Of a stretch of 64,000 bases of DNA, positions 36,309 through 49,315 are shown one piece after another. This DNA is from Raillietiella orientalis (lineage: Eukaryota): assembly GCA_036172245.1 (NCBI GenBank), contig JAYWIR010000005.1, forward strand, positions 1,364,001-1,428,000. The letters are read 5' to 3'. The notes beneath the pieces were generated by a model. It saw only the letters and a list, made by a program, of their open reading frames with translations, was not told where the DNA came from and searched no databases. A program made the translations under genes and the position numbers. Position 1 is the stretch's first letter. Every line of letters begins with the position of its first letter.

Positions 36309-37952
36309 TTAAAGTGCAGTGGGACCAAGGGATGGCGTGGCAACTGTCAGTCTTTCATCACCATGATTGTTGGGTGTTGTTTCTTTTGAGTTCAGAGATG
36401 AAAGGGATATATTGGGGGCATTGGGAGCTTTTATGAACATGTACAAGGGTCGTTGGAATCCTGCAAGGGGATGGTTTGGTGTACCCAGAATTTCATAACT
36501 GCTGAACCCCACTTCCTGGATAAGCAAATCAGGAAACTGAGAAGGACGCAGCTGCAAATTCTGGTAAGTGTTCCAAATATGTGCCTATGGAAATGGTTGC
36601 ACAGGAAATAACGACAAGCACTACTTACACTAAGCTTCCGACGGCGCCGATAAGACTCCCATGGCTGGCACTCCAGGAACAGACGTCCTCCTGGATACAA
36701 CTGGGCAAACATCTTATGGAAAGCACGTAATAACCCATCATCACCCCAATTGAGATGCAACCACTTGGTGATGCTTAATGCCAGAATGACATGGAATTCA
36801 GGGTGAATCATTTGCAACTGCACATCATTTTCAGGAACATAATTTCCCTGGGAAAGAACATGAAGACATGATCCTTTTTGCCACTGATTAACTTACACAC
36901 ACAAACTGCACATTGTATGGGAAGTGACCCAAGTCTTCCTGGTTCTTTGGTGGTGAAGGAGCCCTAAGTGGTCCATACCGGCTTACTATCCCTGTTGGGA
37001 ATGCAGCTTGTAGATCGACAAATAAATAATGCCGCACATTTTTGCGTGCTATGCTGACCAAATATGGATCAATGTCGATTCCTAACACCCTACGGGCTCC
37101 AAAATCACGAGCAATACATAAAGTAATGTGCCCCACATTGCATCCTATGTCAAGAACATCAGCATCCTCAAACCAAGCGTGCTGCAACATCGCCAATCGA
37201 ACATCTCCCTGTTTCTCTGGGTTCCGCTTGCCATAGTACTTATTGTAATTCCCATAGACAAAGCGCTCAGTTTGCCGTAGCCTATGAGGCTGTCGGCTGG
37301 GCTGACAATTGGCACGCCCTCCTTGGGTGCTCAGGCCACTGCCAGACTGCAGCGCACTAGAGCTCTCAAGTTGATCTTTACACAGAGCACTCTCACCCTC
37401 TGGGGTAGATGTATCATCTTGTCCACCAGTGGACTCACAAATGCTACGTTTCTTTTGCCGGCTTCTACGTTTATGCCGATGAGGTGGATCTATGGGAGCA
37501 GCATCAGCACTGTTCAGATTCAGAGGATCATTAATATTTGTGGGAATGACTAAGTGAACTGCACAGGATGTACGAGATGCAGGGGAACCTTCTGGAGTTG
37601 GTTCGTTCAAAGACCTGTTCACTTCTTCATCCTGAAGACTGCCTAGATTCAGTGGATCTGTAATGTTGCCTCCCAATAAGAACTTCTTTAAAGGTGCAAC
37701 TGATGATATTCTACGCCTCTTATGGCCGTAAGACAATTTTGCATTAAAAGGTGCACTTATGGTCCTTTTAAAGATTTTTCTCGCACTCACAGGCCTTTTT
37801 TTGGGGCTACTAACAAAATCACTTTTGAGTTCATTCATCTGCATAACTAATTCATTACTTTCAGAATGAAAATTCACAGTTTTATCAATAGAGAACGGAG
37901 CAGAAAGCTCTGGCTCACAATCAGATGTCATTTTCAATAAGCTATCCAGCAT
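36309..37952 (-). CDS. MEPCE: 7SK snRNA methylphosphate capping enzyme (MePCE / Bicoid-interacting protein 3); exons 37952-36897, 36847-36629, 36584-36309
   Basis: FLLGGNITDPLNL, YGNYNKYYG, VLDIGCNVGHITL, GIDID, FPYNV.F..GNYV, LSITKWLHLNWGDDGL..F, LECQPWESY and GFQRPL: Bin3-type SAM methyltransferase. The first Met follows an acceptor-like TTTAG, so an upstream exon is likely. Confidence 0.93.
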
Positions 37953-40900
37953 CTAAAATGAAAGTTTGTAACCAAACTGAATTAACATGCGCGCGCTGGG
38001 TGAAAAACCCAAGGATGGATGGGCGGGTGATTCATTTTCACAATTCCACCAACGGTACAACCAACAACCGCAGAGCAGCTTTTCACGGTGTACACTTTAA
38101 AAAACAACAACAATAGACCACATATACCAACACGACAAGCGGATGCTCCGGGTCACCGAGGAACCCCAAGTTACTGCCGAATGCTGTACAAAACTAAAGT
38201 GAGAGTGCATCACGTCGCACTTACACAAGGTAATTAGCACGGGAAGAACACACGTACATGTACAGGATGTGTGGCATGTACATCCCGACGATCCAGATAA
38301 GTAAAGGAAACGTACTCGAGACACTTTCTGTTTGCCCAGCTCACACAGTACTTTTCAGGGGGGTCGAATTATGACTCGTGCGCCGTTCCTTTTCAGAGCA
38401 AAAGGCTCAAATGGGGAAAGCGGTGCCCCGAAGCAAAGCTGAAGCCAAACGAACCACCAGACATGACTCGGACACCACTGTATGCTCCCCGGACACGTCC
38501 AGAGCCACTTCCCCAACACTTTCTCACTGAGCCGTGTTACCGTTGCGCTAACATCTTATACCCCGAAATTGAGCGTGTTGAAAAGAAATCCCCCCAAAGT
38601 AAAATACATTACATCGAGCGTGCAGTGTACTCACCCCAGCGAATTATTTAATTGCAAATTCAGGGTTTGGGATTTTTCTTTTCTTTTTTTTCTTTTTCCC
38701 TGCCCCCCCCCCCCGTGAGTGAGTGCTGGGGACCGCGGCACACGGGCCACGTAAAAATGCAGGAGATTTGGGAACCCTCATTACACTCGAAAAATGCTTG
38801 TGTTGTGCGAACACTGTTTCAGTGTTCGTCTGGAACAAAGGAAATTGAATAGGAACGAGAGGATACGTGCACGCGTTTTATTTTTTTTCTCAACCTGATG
38901 AAGGAACTGCTATTGATTTATGAATCATATACATCATATGCATGTTTCTGATACATTTTTTTCTCTCTCTCTCTCTCTCTTTTCGCCAGTCGTCAACGTG
39001 AATTTTGATTTCCAAACCGCGGGGGCATACCAAATTTTGTGTTCTTTTCCTCACGCGTGGTGCTGAGTAGCTGAAAGAATTATTTACTTGGTGCACGATC
39101 GATTCGCTCTGTGTGATATAACTTTAATCACACCCTAGTTGAATCATCAGTGCAAGAAATTCAGCCTCCATCCATCCCCGAAATCCCTCAAGTTCGCACA
39201 CCAGCAGATGGCTTTCACAGCAGCATGTATTCGAGATGGAAAAGATTGCAGAACACTGCCGAACATTGCACGTCCATCCCAAATGGGAACACGAATTCTT
39301 CCAAATGCTGACTGCCAGTTGGGTCTTTCCAGAGTGCCCAGAACTAATTTCTCAAAAGAGGAGGAATTAAATGGACGGGTTTTCAAGCTTTCTTCATGGC
39401 TACAAAATATTTCGTCCTTTCCACGATTTCGTTGTGGTAATATTTGCTGATTTTCGAACAAGCATGATAAACACATGTGCATGTGCTGAATTATTATAAT
39501 TTTTCATTCCTAGCGTGCATTTATTAAACACAGCCATCAGTATTCCATGCAAACAGCATTTTGCAGCACCCTTTACGGGTTGCACATTCTGTAAACCGCA
39601 AAGGATTCGTTTTTAGTGCTCCTTGTGTTCGTGCTCCTTCACCCAACGAACAAACTTTAAAGTCCACTGTTCCCTTATAGGGCGTAGGGAGCTGGAATGG
39701 AGAAATGTGATAACAGGGGTTCTGTTGGTCTCTTGAAATACGAGGATATTTGACCCCCCTGTGAACACTTAAATAGAATGCCTGCGTCGTTATCTGAAGA
39801 GGTGAACTAGGATTTAAATTTAAAAAAAAAAGGGAGATAATGGAATGCATTTTAATTACAAGCATGTGGCAGTTTGCTGAGTGTTTGCTTCACAGAGCTG
39901 ATTGTGTGAACTGTCATAGCACATCGTTGCACAACAAAGTGTTGCAGTGTGCTCCGAGAAGATAATGACTTCAAAACTCAGTGCATTTATGTAATTCGAG
40001 CCTATGGCTTTCGTTGGATACATGCTCATTTGAGAAAGAAAATAACTTTGAAATGGGAAAAGACTTTCGACTTAATGAAATGAGTTTTCCGGACACTAAT
40101 CTGGTTTTCTTTTTTTTTTTTTTTTGCTGATAAATGTGATTTTCGAACCAGACTGTTCTTGAACAGGGATGTTTTGTTTGCAGTGGAGGAAATCAGAAAC
40201 TTTCGTTTTCTAAACTCTGAAACTTTCATTCTCTAAAAAAAATCCTTCTTCCAGCAAATAGCTAAAATATGCAGACAGTAGAAATGGAATGAAATTGGTG
40301 GTAAATGTCTAGTCACGATATTGATTAAGCTGCTGCTGAATTTAAAAAAAAAAAAAAATAAAGTCAGTGCTGTCCACACAGTCACCACGAAGTTGAATGT
40401 CGCCTCAATTCCGGAGACATTTTCTCAAAATCAAAGGTTTCTTATTTATTTATTTTTTCCCTTTTTAGAAGACTAATTGCAAACGTTTTAAGTGAATTAT
40501 ACAATCAACAGATGAATCGATGACATCAACCTCAAAACATATCTCAGTAGATTTTTCAGAGAATTCAGAAGTACACTCTGAAAAATCTGAGTAAAGAGTC
40601 AAATACTAAATTAGGATTGTCCATTATGCGAATTGATTTTACCGAGGGCAAACTTCTTACTCTTCTTGTAATCTGGAGAAGTCCCGAATTAGGATCTGAC
40701 TCTGACGAGAAATGATTTATTAAAAAGCAGTCGCCCACTTCGAAGGGAAAATGCAACGTGGAGCAAAAGTATGACAGCTAAACAGTAAAAGTCTTCAAGG
40801 ATGAAAACAATCATAAGAATGGTAAAAAAAAAAAATTGTTTGGTTGCAAATGATACCGGCAATAGTAATAGTGATTAGTCTAATGGTTTTGCAAAGTCAA

Positions 40901-42441
40901 ATAAAAGACTAAAATCACTGAAGCTTAACATAGAGAACTATGCTTATTGGGGGTAATCATATGTGCCATATACTACCATTTGCAATGTCCATAATTAAAG
41001 ATTACCTTCAAAACTACTTGAGATGGCTCGAAAACACAATAGTTATCCAAGAATTCAGTATGCGAATAACCAGTGTTTCTTGATTTACTGGATTTTCCCA
41101 AAATTTATTGTTCTTTGAATGATGGCATCCTTGCAACAGTTTCCAGCACGTTCAGGTTCGATTCTTTACGTGTTTCCAGATCACGTACGCACTCTTTGAC
41201 AATCTGGATGGTATTTTCAAATTTATTCAAATATCTCAGCATGCATACGCATGGCCGTCAGCTAATCTTCTTCCATATCCCTGGACTGCAATTCAGCGAG
41301 TTTCTTCCAGGTAATTCACTGAATTGCAGTCAAAAGTCACAAATCAGACAAAGAAAAACACTGGCCTGATCTCACCTAGTGATCCCCAAACCTGAAGACT
41401 TCCTTTGTCCATCAGGAAAAAAAAGAATTTCAAAAATGGTGAAGAGAGCTCAAAGAAATGGAGGAATTCGCCACAACACTTGGCTTGGTGCAAGAAAGGT
41501 TTCATAATCCCGTTATATCTTGTAAGAGTCCCAAAACTGCCTTTTCTCCAGCTCGGGACAACCATAAAATGGATGATTTCAGTCACAGCTCCCATAAACT
41601 TCCTGCAAAGATTCCCAGTGTTTGATGCCAGTTTCCGTGAGCCAACCTCGAGGAGAAGAGCAGCCAAAGCAATGCTCGAACCCAGTTCTGAAATCCGGCA
41701 TCTGATCCGGTCCTAATTGGATTCATGTCATTAAGAGATGACATTCTTGATTCGATTTTCAAGCTCAGAAAGTGTTCTATCACTTATCCCGCATAGCTTG
41801 ATTTACCGAACGCATTTGGAGAATGAAAAAGTTCTTTGCTCAGTTTGCCTGCTATCACATGATCCAGTGTCCATCACTGAACAAATCTAAGCTGTAATAA
41901 TATCGGTATGCTCCAACCCAGGCACACTGCATACAAAAAACAAGCATCTTTTTTTTTTGGCTTGAGTTGAAACGCAATTTGCAATACTGGCCTTCCATCT
42001 CCGCCTAACACTTCCGCTTAGTCAGTAGTCTCACCTTTTTCTGGAATTTCGAAAAGCGAGTTAGGTTATGGAATCCGGAAATGTCTCCCTGGATGTTTTC
42101 TTAAAAGGTGTTCGCGACCGTTGCATGGTTCTTCACACACTCACAGATTCTGCGTAATTCGAAATATCACAAAGCAATGCTTTGAGAAATTCCAACGTTT
42201 CAGCGGAGCATTGAATTGCAATGCGTTCTTCAGTTTTCATCAAAGGTACTACTTTCTTTCACCTTCGTTCTTCAGTTTTTGCCAGAGATCTCTTCACAGC
42301 TTCATTTCGAATAGGGTGCTGTAGTTCCGGCATAAACCACTAGTGGTTCATATCAAATGAAAGTTGTTAATACTCAGTATCCTTTCCACTCTACATGCCT
42401 TTATTCCACCTGTGTGGAAGGCTGCTAGAGCCTTGCAGCCC

Positions 42442-42977
42442 TTAATTTCCGTCGTTTTTGCAAGCTGATCTTTCTTTTTTCCTTGTTTTTGGCTCACTAA
42501 GGGACTTAGAGTTCGTGAGAAATTTATCCCAAGCCCTCAGGTTTCTGATTCCCAAATACACAGAACGATTTGTTGGCTGCTGGACCTGTTGAAATTCCGA
42601 GGATTTGCTGAATGCTTCTGTCATAATAAACAGCCTCGGCAAATCGGAGAAGAAAGATCGTGTTGCCGTGACGTCCATCTCTGCTGGAACTGTATTAGAT
42701 GAGTATGAGATAGCAGACGAAGTTATGCTTAACTCTCCAAATGTGAAGGACGAGTCAGTGCACATGCGGTCTGGAGGTTCTTCGTATGTGTGAATCTCAA
42801 ACATTTCTTTAAGCGATCCAACACTTGTAGACGTCTTCAAACACTTGTTGAGGAGTGCATTCTTCAAGCATTCCTATTCTTGGTGGCATAGAAGGAGGTA
42901 TTCTTTTCCTGTTCGATTCATCGCCCACACAGAATGCCTACTCGCCAAAATTGGCCCGTATGCCAAGGGTTTGCCAT
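42442..42977 (-). CDS. Hypothetical two-exon ORF of about 155 aa (MANPWHTGQFWR|ECLKNALLNKCL...), no recognised family
   Basis: ATG at 42977, donor GTAGGC at 42941, acceptor AATAG at 42874 and an in-frame open exon of about 143 codons in AT-rich DNA. No motif recognised. Confidence 0.22.
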
Positions 42978-45756
42978 GCTCAAACGGTGTTATTCGTGAT
43001 GTAGGTATCATTTGATACCTTTGATGCAGATGTTAGCCACATGCACGGATGTGCACATTTACTAATAATTATGTCGGATGTGAAAGAGTGATGCCCACAC
43101 AGAGGATTTCGTCGAATTGCTGGTGATGTTATGCGTCTATCGAGCGATCGAATATTCCTGACGAGAGAAAAGTAACGACAAAGCCAAAATATTCTGAAGT
43201 TTTCTCGATAACGTGCAATGTGCATTTCTCTTGATCACACACTCATTTCCACGATTGCGAGTTATCGCTGATTCCCTGTTGTCCACATAATTTCAGGGTG
43301 GGTTCTAGCTGGCAGCCCACTTGCAGATCTACAATCTGACTGATTAAAGACGCGGATGAAGTGAGCACCATGCGGAGTACAGAGAACCCATAAATAAGGT
43401 TTCTTTGGTAGAAGGCACCATACATTGAAGTCATTGTCTGAGAGTGTGTTTCTTACAAACTGTAAAGGGAATGTTTAGGATCGTCTTCCCTATGATACAT
43501 ACCTTGCAAAGAACATTCAGTTTTTTAAAATTTGTATCTGATAAGTTGGTGTGTTTTTCTCTTTCTTTCACCTGATTGTTAGTAGAACCAGCAATTACCT
43601 CCCAGCTTATTTCAGCACAGCTGATTGACAGGACACTAAATACAAGTAATCTAACATCTGTGCAAAATCTGAAACATTTTATACACATACATGGATACGG
43701 TTCATGCTTCCGCGCACACAATAAATATATGGCAATGGAATACGAAAGTGGCATCAAAAAAAAACTTCACAAATTTCAAATATCATATAATGCGTATGGA
43801 GAAATGCTCAGTAAAGTGCCGATATTCCTCGCAATGGGTAAGTTCTTCATTTTGCTACGAACGCAAATCGAATTTGCATAGATAGTAGACGAATTTGCAT
43901 CCACGTTTCCCGAATTCTACGAATGTCTTCCTGCTCTGAGCTCTGTTATTTGTTGGGCTTCAACAAGCTCCTGTATTGGTATCCGGGAGTTTCCTTGAAA
44001 AAACTCTTTTCGAAGAAGGCAGAAATAATTTGCCTTTCTACCAGATGATTCTGGCAATTCCTAGTACTATCGAAAACAGATTATTTCAGCAGCGATATGA
44101 AATTATTAATGTCTTCAAAACTTTTCTCTAATCAATGGCAGATTCTCTATATTTCAGTTTCTGTATCCTACATGTCCTTAGGGTTTCGCTATTAGAACTT
44201 TTCGTCAGTTGCTGTATTTTAGTTTCTGACGTTTTGAATCTAGGAAATTAAAAAAAATTAACCATGATAGACTTCAGTGGCTCAGTAGCCTACAGTCTAC
44301 ATAATTTTCTTGAAGGAAGTTCATTTCAAAATTTCATCGTAGCTCTGAGATAAATGTTTCATTTCACAAATATGCATCAGAAAACCACAATTTCGATTCT
44401 TACGCGTCCATCTTTTTTTCAAACACAGTGATGATTCCCAGCTTCATATCTTGAAGACTTGTCTTGAATCCTAAAATGAACTCTAAATATTAAGCAAATT
44501 TTATCACAGCGCTTCTGAAAATTTTTTTGCGAATGGTGTGAATCATTTCTTGGGAATTCTGGTGTGTGGTATCACTCTCGATATCAGCACTAAAAATGTG
44601 ATTGTATACATAAGTATAGGACAGTGCAGATTCTAGATAAAATGCATCTCTAAGATGCATTTAATTGGGAATTCTTAAAGTATATAGCATGTAAACATTA
44701 ATTTAACTTGAGTTCCTAATCCGATTGCATTTGGAACCTTTCTGAATTCGCTGAAATGAAAACAGTCAACATACTGAGCGTCATTTGTTAATAAAAATTA
44801 AAATTCGTTTATTGTTAAATATGGATTCACATCAAACATTGGAAGCTATTCACAATGTGTGAAGAAACTTGCTTATCTTGTGCCTGTATTCTGAAAATCA
44901 GTATTAGGAATTGTTCAACGGAATCCCTTCAAATACATTTGTCCATTCATTCTCTATTCATTCTGTGGTGATTCATTAGAAATCAAACCTTTTTAAGCTC
45001 AGTTCCCATTCGATTCTATGAAATTCATAGAAAATTTCTGAAATTTCCAGCCCCAATAACAACTTTAAAAATTATCTATTAAGATCATGAAGTGCTTGAG
45101 AATCATACAATACTAATGGATAAGTGCTGATTTAAAATCTCTTGAAACTCAAATATGTAGTTATCCTGAAGTTAATTAGTCGATATTTGAATGGGAGATG
45201 GCCGAAACAAAATTGACTATCAATCTGAACTCATGAAAATTAAGGTTGCAAGACATTTAATTTGAAAGTAATTCATAAAATGGCTTTAGATTTTCAAATA
45301 TATTTTCTCCACTTATCTATATTTGAAATTATTGAAATTATCACCTGATTACTTGATATCTTTCAAGTTTTTTTTTCATTTCATTCTTAATTAAAATGTT
45401 ATTTAATGAATGGGATGTTTTTACATTCAATTTCGATGATAATCCTTGAAAATTTGCCTTGAAAATTTTGAGGCCATTTCAACAATTGTTGATAGTTTTT
45501 CTACATTTTGAAACAAATACAATAAAACGATGCCTATTTAATTGTTCTGAGATAGTACTGTTTATAAAATATCATTTTGTAATACCGAATCTAGACAGAC
45601 TTTCACGTATATAGCTTCCAGTGCTAAAGAGCACAAAAGTGTTTCAATAAAATGTTGTTATGTTCAAAAATATGCAAAGTGAGTGAGACTGAGAACACTG
45701 TTGGTGATGTATTAAATATGCTTTCATCTGCGGATTAAAAGACGATACAAATCACA

Positions 45757-48700
45757 ATGGTATGCTTTTGTATAATTTTGGGCTTTATGGTTTTTAATTC
45801 AAGTAAATAAAAGTGTGAAATTGGTTCTTCATACGTGTTGCAATTCATTTAATTGTCCTACAATTAATGATATGTATGTCTATTTTTGTGAAGAGAAAAA
45901 CAAGAAAAAGATTCGCCAGGAAATTAAGGATGAATGTATTTTAAGTTATTGTCCGTTGCAAAATAAAATTTTGTAATGTTTCATGGAACATTTTGGTAGT
46001 GGAATATTTGTATTTTTGTTTGTAAATTTGTTAATGAGAAATAGGATTGCTTTCCAAGGTGCCTTTTTGAATTAATCCAAGGATGTTAGCCTTCCCAGGT
46101 TTAGGGGCAGAAATCTTTTGGTTTGCAAAGTTAGCGTCGGCGCATGAAAATAAGTAAACTATTTCACGCGTTTTTTTATTTTTAACTGATTGATTAAAAT
46201 TATAGCCAATGTGAAGTGTTTGATTGTTCCAAATTACTATTTTCTTTGAAGCCTTTAAGATTGGAAATCAAGAGGAAGCTCACTTCACGATCAGATAGGG
46301 TGAAGTGTGTGGATCTCCATTCTAAAGAACCTTGGATGCTAGCTGCATTGTACAATGGAAATGTGCACATATGGAATTATGAACTGCAGCAATTACTTAA
46401 ATCCTTTGAGGTACCAGGAGTACTAAGATTATAATCTTATTCATGTAATCCATATGATGATCTAGGTTTGTGATCTTCCTGTTAGAGCAGCCAAATTTGT
46501 AGTCCGTAAGAATTGGGTGGTCACAGGTTCAGATGACATGATTGTCCGTGTTTTTAATTACAACACCTTAGAACGAGTACATAGTTTTGATGCACATTCA
46601 GATTACCTACGAAGCATTGTAGTGCATCCAATGCACCCATTTATTCTAACAAGCAGTGGTCAGTAACAGGGAGTTTAAAATTTCCTGTGATGGGAGACAC
46701 TAGATGATATGTCCATAAAACTTTGGAATTGGGAAAAACAGTGGAGCTGCCAGCATGTCTTTGAAGGTCACACACACTATGTTATGCAGATTGTAATTAA
46801 TCCCAAAGACAACAATACATTTGCCAGTGGATCACTAGATCGTACACTTAAAGTAATTGATCTTTTTTGATGCATCTAATAACATATTTTATAGGTATGG
46901 CAACTTGGTTCATCAGTAGCCAACTTCACACTTGAAGGCCATGAAAAAGGTGTGAATTGCATTGACTATTATCATGTTGGTGATAGGCCATACCTTGTTA
47001 GTGGTGCTGATGATCGCTTAGTTAAGATCTGGGACTATCAGAACAAATCCTGTGTGCACACGCTGGAAGGCCATGCTCAAAATGTAACAGCAGTTTGCTT
47101 CCATCCTGATCTGCCAGTAGTACTAACAGGCAGTGAAGATGGCACTGTGCGTCTTTGGCATTCTGGTACTTATAGATTAGAAGCTACTCTGAACTATGGA
47201 CTGGAAAGAGTTTGGACAATTGCTGCTAATCGTGGCTCCAATAATGTGGCTCTAGGATATGATGAAGGTAGCATTATTATCAAGGTAACTTCTGGGTTGA
47301 CTGATGTCAGCTTGAGTGCAACAAAAAAATAGTTAGGGAGAGAAGAACCTGTTATATCCATGGATGCTAGTGGAAAGATTGTCTGGGCTAAACATTCTGA
47401 AATTCAGCAAGCTCACATTAAGTTGTCTGGAGACACATATCCCCAAGATGGGGAGTTGCTCCCACTTACTATAAAAGAAATGGGTAGCTGTGAAATCTAC
47501 CCTCAAACCATATCCCATAATGCTAATGGACGATTTCTTGTGGTTGTTGGTGATGGTGAATACATTGTGTATACAGCTATGGCACTACGCAACAAGGCTT
47601 TTGGCAGTGCCTTAGAATTTGTATGGGGAGCTGACTCATCAGAGTATGCTACTCGTGATATCAGCACAGTTACAATATTCCAAAATTTTAAAGAGCAACG
47701 CTCTTTCAAACCTGAGTTTGGTGCTGAAGGTAAGTAGTTCTTAATACCCTTGGAAGAGGATGTGTGGGTTTCAGGTATATTTGGTGGTGTTCTGCTGGGA
47801 GTACGTTCCAACATGGGTTTGGCCTTCTACCAGTGGGATAATTTGAAATTAGTGAGACGCATTGATATACAGCCACGACATGTCTTGTGGGCAGAGTCAG
47901 GAGAGTTGTTATGTATTGCAGCTGAAGATAGTTATTTCATTCTGCGTTATCAGTCTCAGAAGATAACTGATTCAACTGCAGATTCAGAGGATGGTGTAGA
48001 AGGAGCTTTTGATGTAAGATAAGCCTTGTTGTAGTTCCTTGTTGTATCCTATGACATTGTATCAATTCAGGTAATAGGGGAAATCAATGAGTCTGTGAGA
48101 ACAGGCCTATGGGTGGGTGATTGTTTCATCTATACCAGTTCAGTGAACCGACTAAACTACTATGTGGGTGGAGAAGTGGTGACAGTGGCACATTTGGATC
48201 GTCCCTTTTATCTTTTGGGCTATCTGCTGAAAGATAGTCGTTTATATTTGGGAGATAAGGAACTTGGCATAGTCTCCTATTCATTATTGTTGCCTGTGCT
48301 GCAATATCAGACAGCAGTCATGCGCCATGATTTTGAAGCTGCTGATCGTCTTCTTCCTGCTATTCCACGAGATCAGCGAACTCGTATAGCTCATTTCCTA
48401 GAAAAACAAGGGTTTCGTCAACAAGCACTTGCTGTTAGTACAGACCCTGATCATTGCTTTGATTTGGCCATACAATTGGGTGAATTGAATATTGCTCGAA
48501 AGTATGCTCTGGAAGCTCACAGCGAGTTCAAGTGGAAACAGCTAGCTGAACTGGCAACCAACAAAGGACAGCTGACATTGGCAAAAGAGTGTCTTACTAA
48601 TGCAGGAGATCTAAGTGGACTTTTACTTTTGGCTTCTTCTTGTGGCAATTTGGAAGTGATTAAGGAAGTGGCAAAAAATGCTCAGGATACAGGGAAAAAT

Positions 48701-49315
48701 AACGTAGCTTTCACATCCTATTTCATATTGGGCGATGTGAGCCAGTGTTTGGATATTTTAATAGCTACAAAACGTCTTCCAGAGGCAGCTCTTTTTGCTC
48801 GAACTTATGTTCCCTCTAGGGTGAATGAAGTAGTGCAAATGTGGAAAAAGGTTTTGTCTTCCACTAATCCTCGAATTGCCCAAGCTTTGGCAGATCCTGA
48901 GAATTATGAAAACCTTTTTCCTGATTTTACCAATTCTCTCAAAGCTGAACAGTTTTTATTGAGGTCCGATCAACAACATATACCTGCCTCTCAGGCATTT
49001 CTGCAGCCTGTAAGAGAAAACGTTCCTTGAATTTTTATTATGTAACCAATAGATGAATCGCGATCGAAATCCAATACAAGAAATGCTGCAGTCTGACCTG
49101 GAAGGTCAGTTGTCTTCCAGGGACGAAGAGAGAGAGGCAGGAGACCATGATGTTGTAGAGGTAATTGATCACCTACCAGACTTGGAATTTTCGCCAATAT
49201 CAGCATCTCAAGACGACATCCCAACAGGTATTGTTATTTTGGATTCATAAGATGGTGATGATATGGTTTCATTTCAGTTACTCCTGTAAGAGTGTATATG
49301 CGACCAGAAGAGTGA
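45757..49315 (+). CDS. COPB2: Coatomer subunit beta' (beta'-COP); exons 45757-45759 (ATG only), 46252-46410, 46466-46658, 46704-46852, 46895-47284, 47333-47729, 47775-48013, 48071-49009, 49053-49227, 49278-49315
   Basis: [26 protein letters not shown]40 repeats ([40 protein letters not shown]), [47 protein letters not shown] and [10 protein letters not shown]. The start exon (CACAATG|GTATGC) and last small exon are less certain. Confidence 0.96.

Noticed and set aside
46144..46251. Alternative COPB2 start MKIT-N via a 5-nt microexon (46206-46210)
   Set aside because: Frame-compatible, but CACAATG|GTATGC at 45757 gives the conserved MPLRL start more simply.
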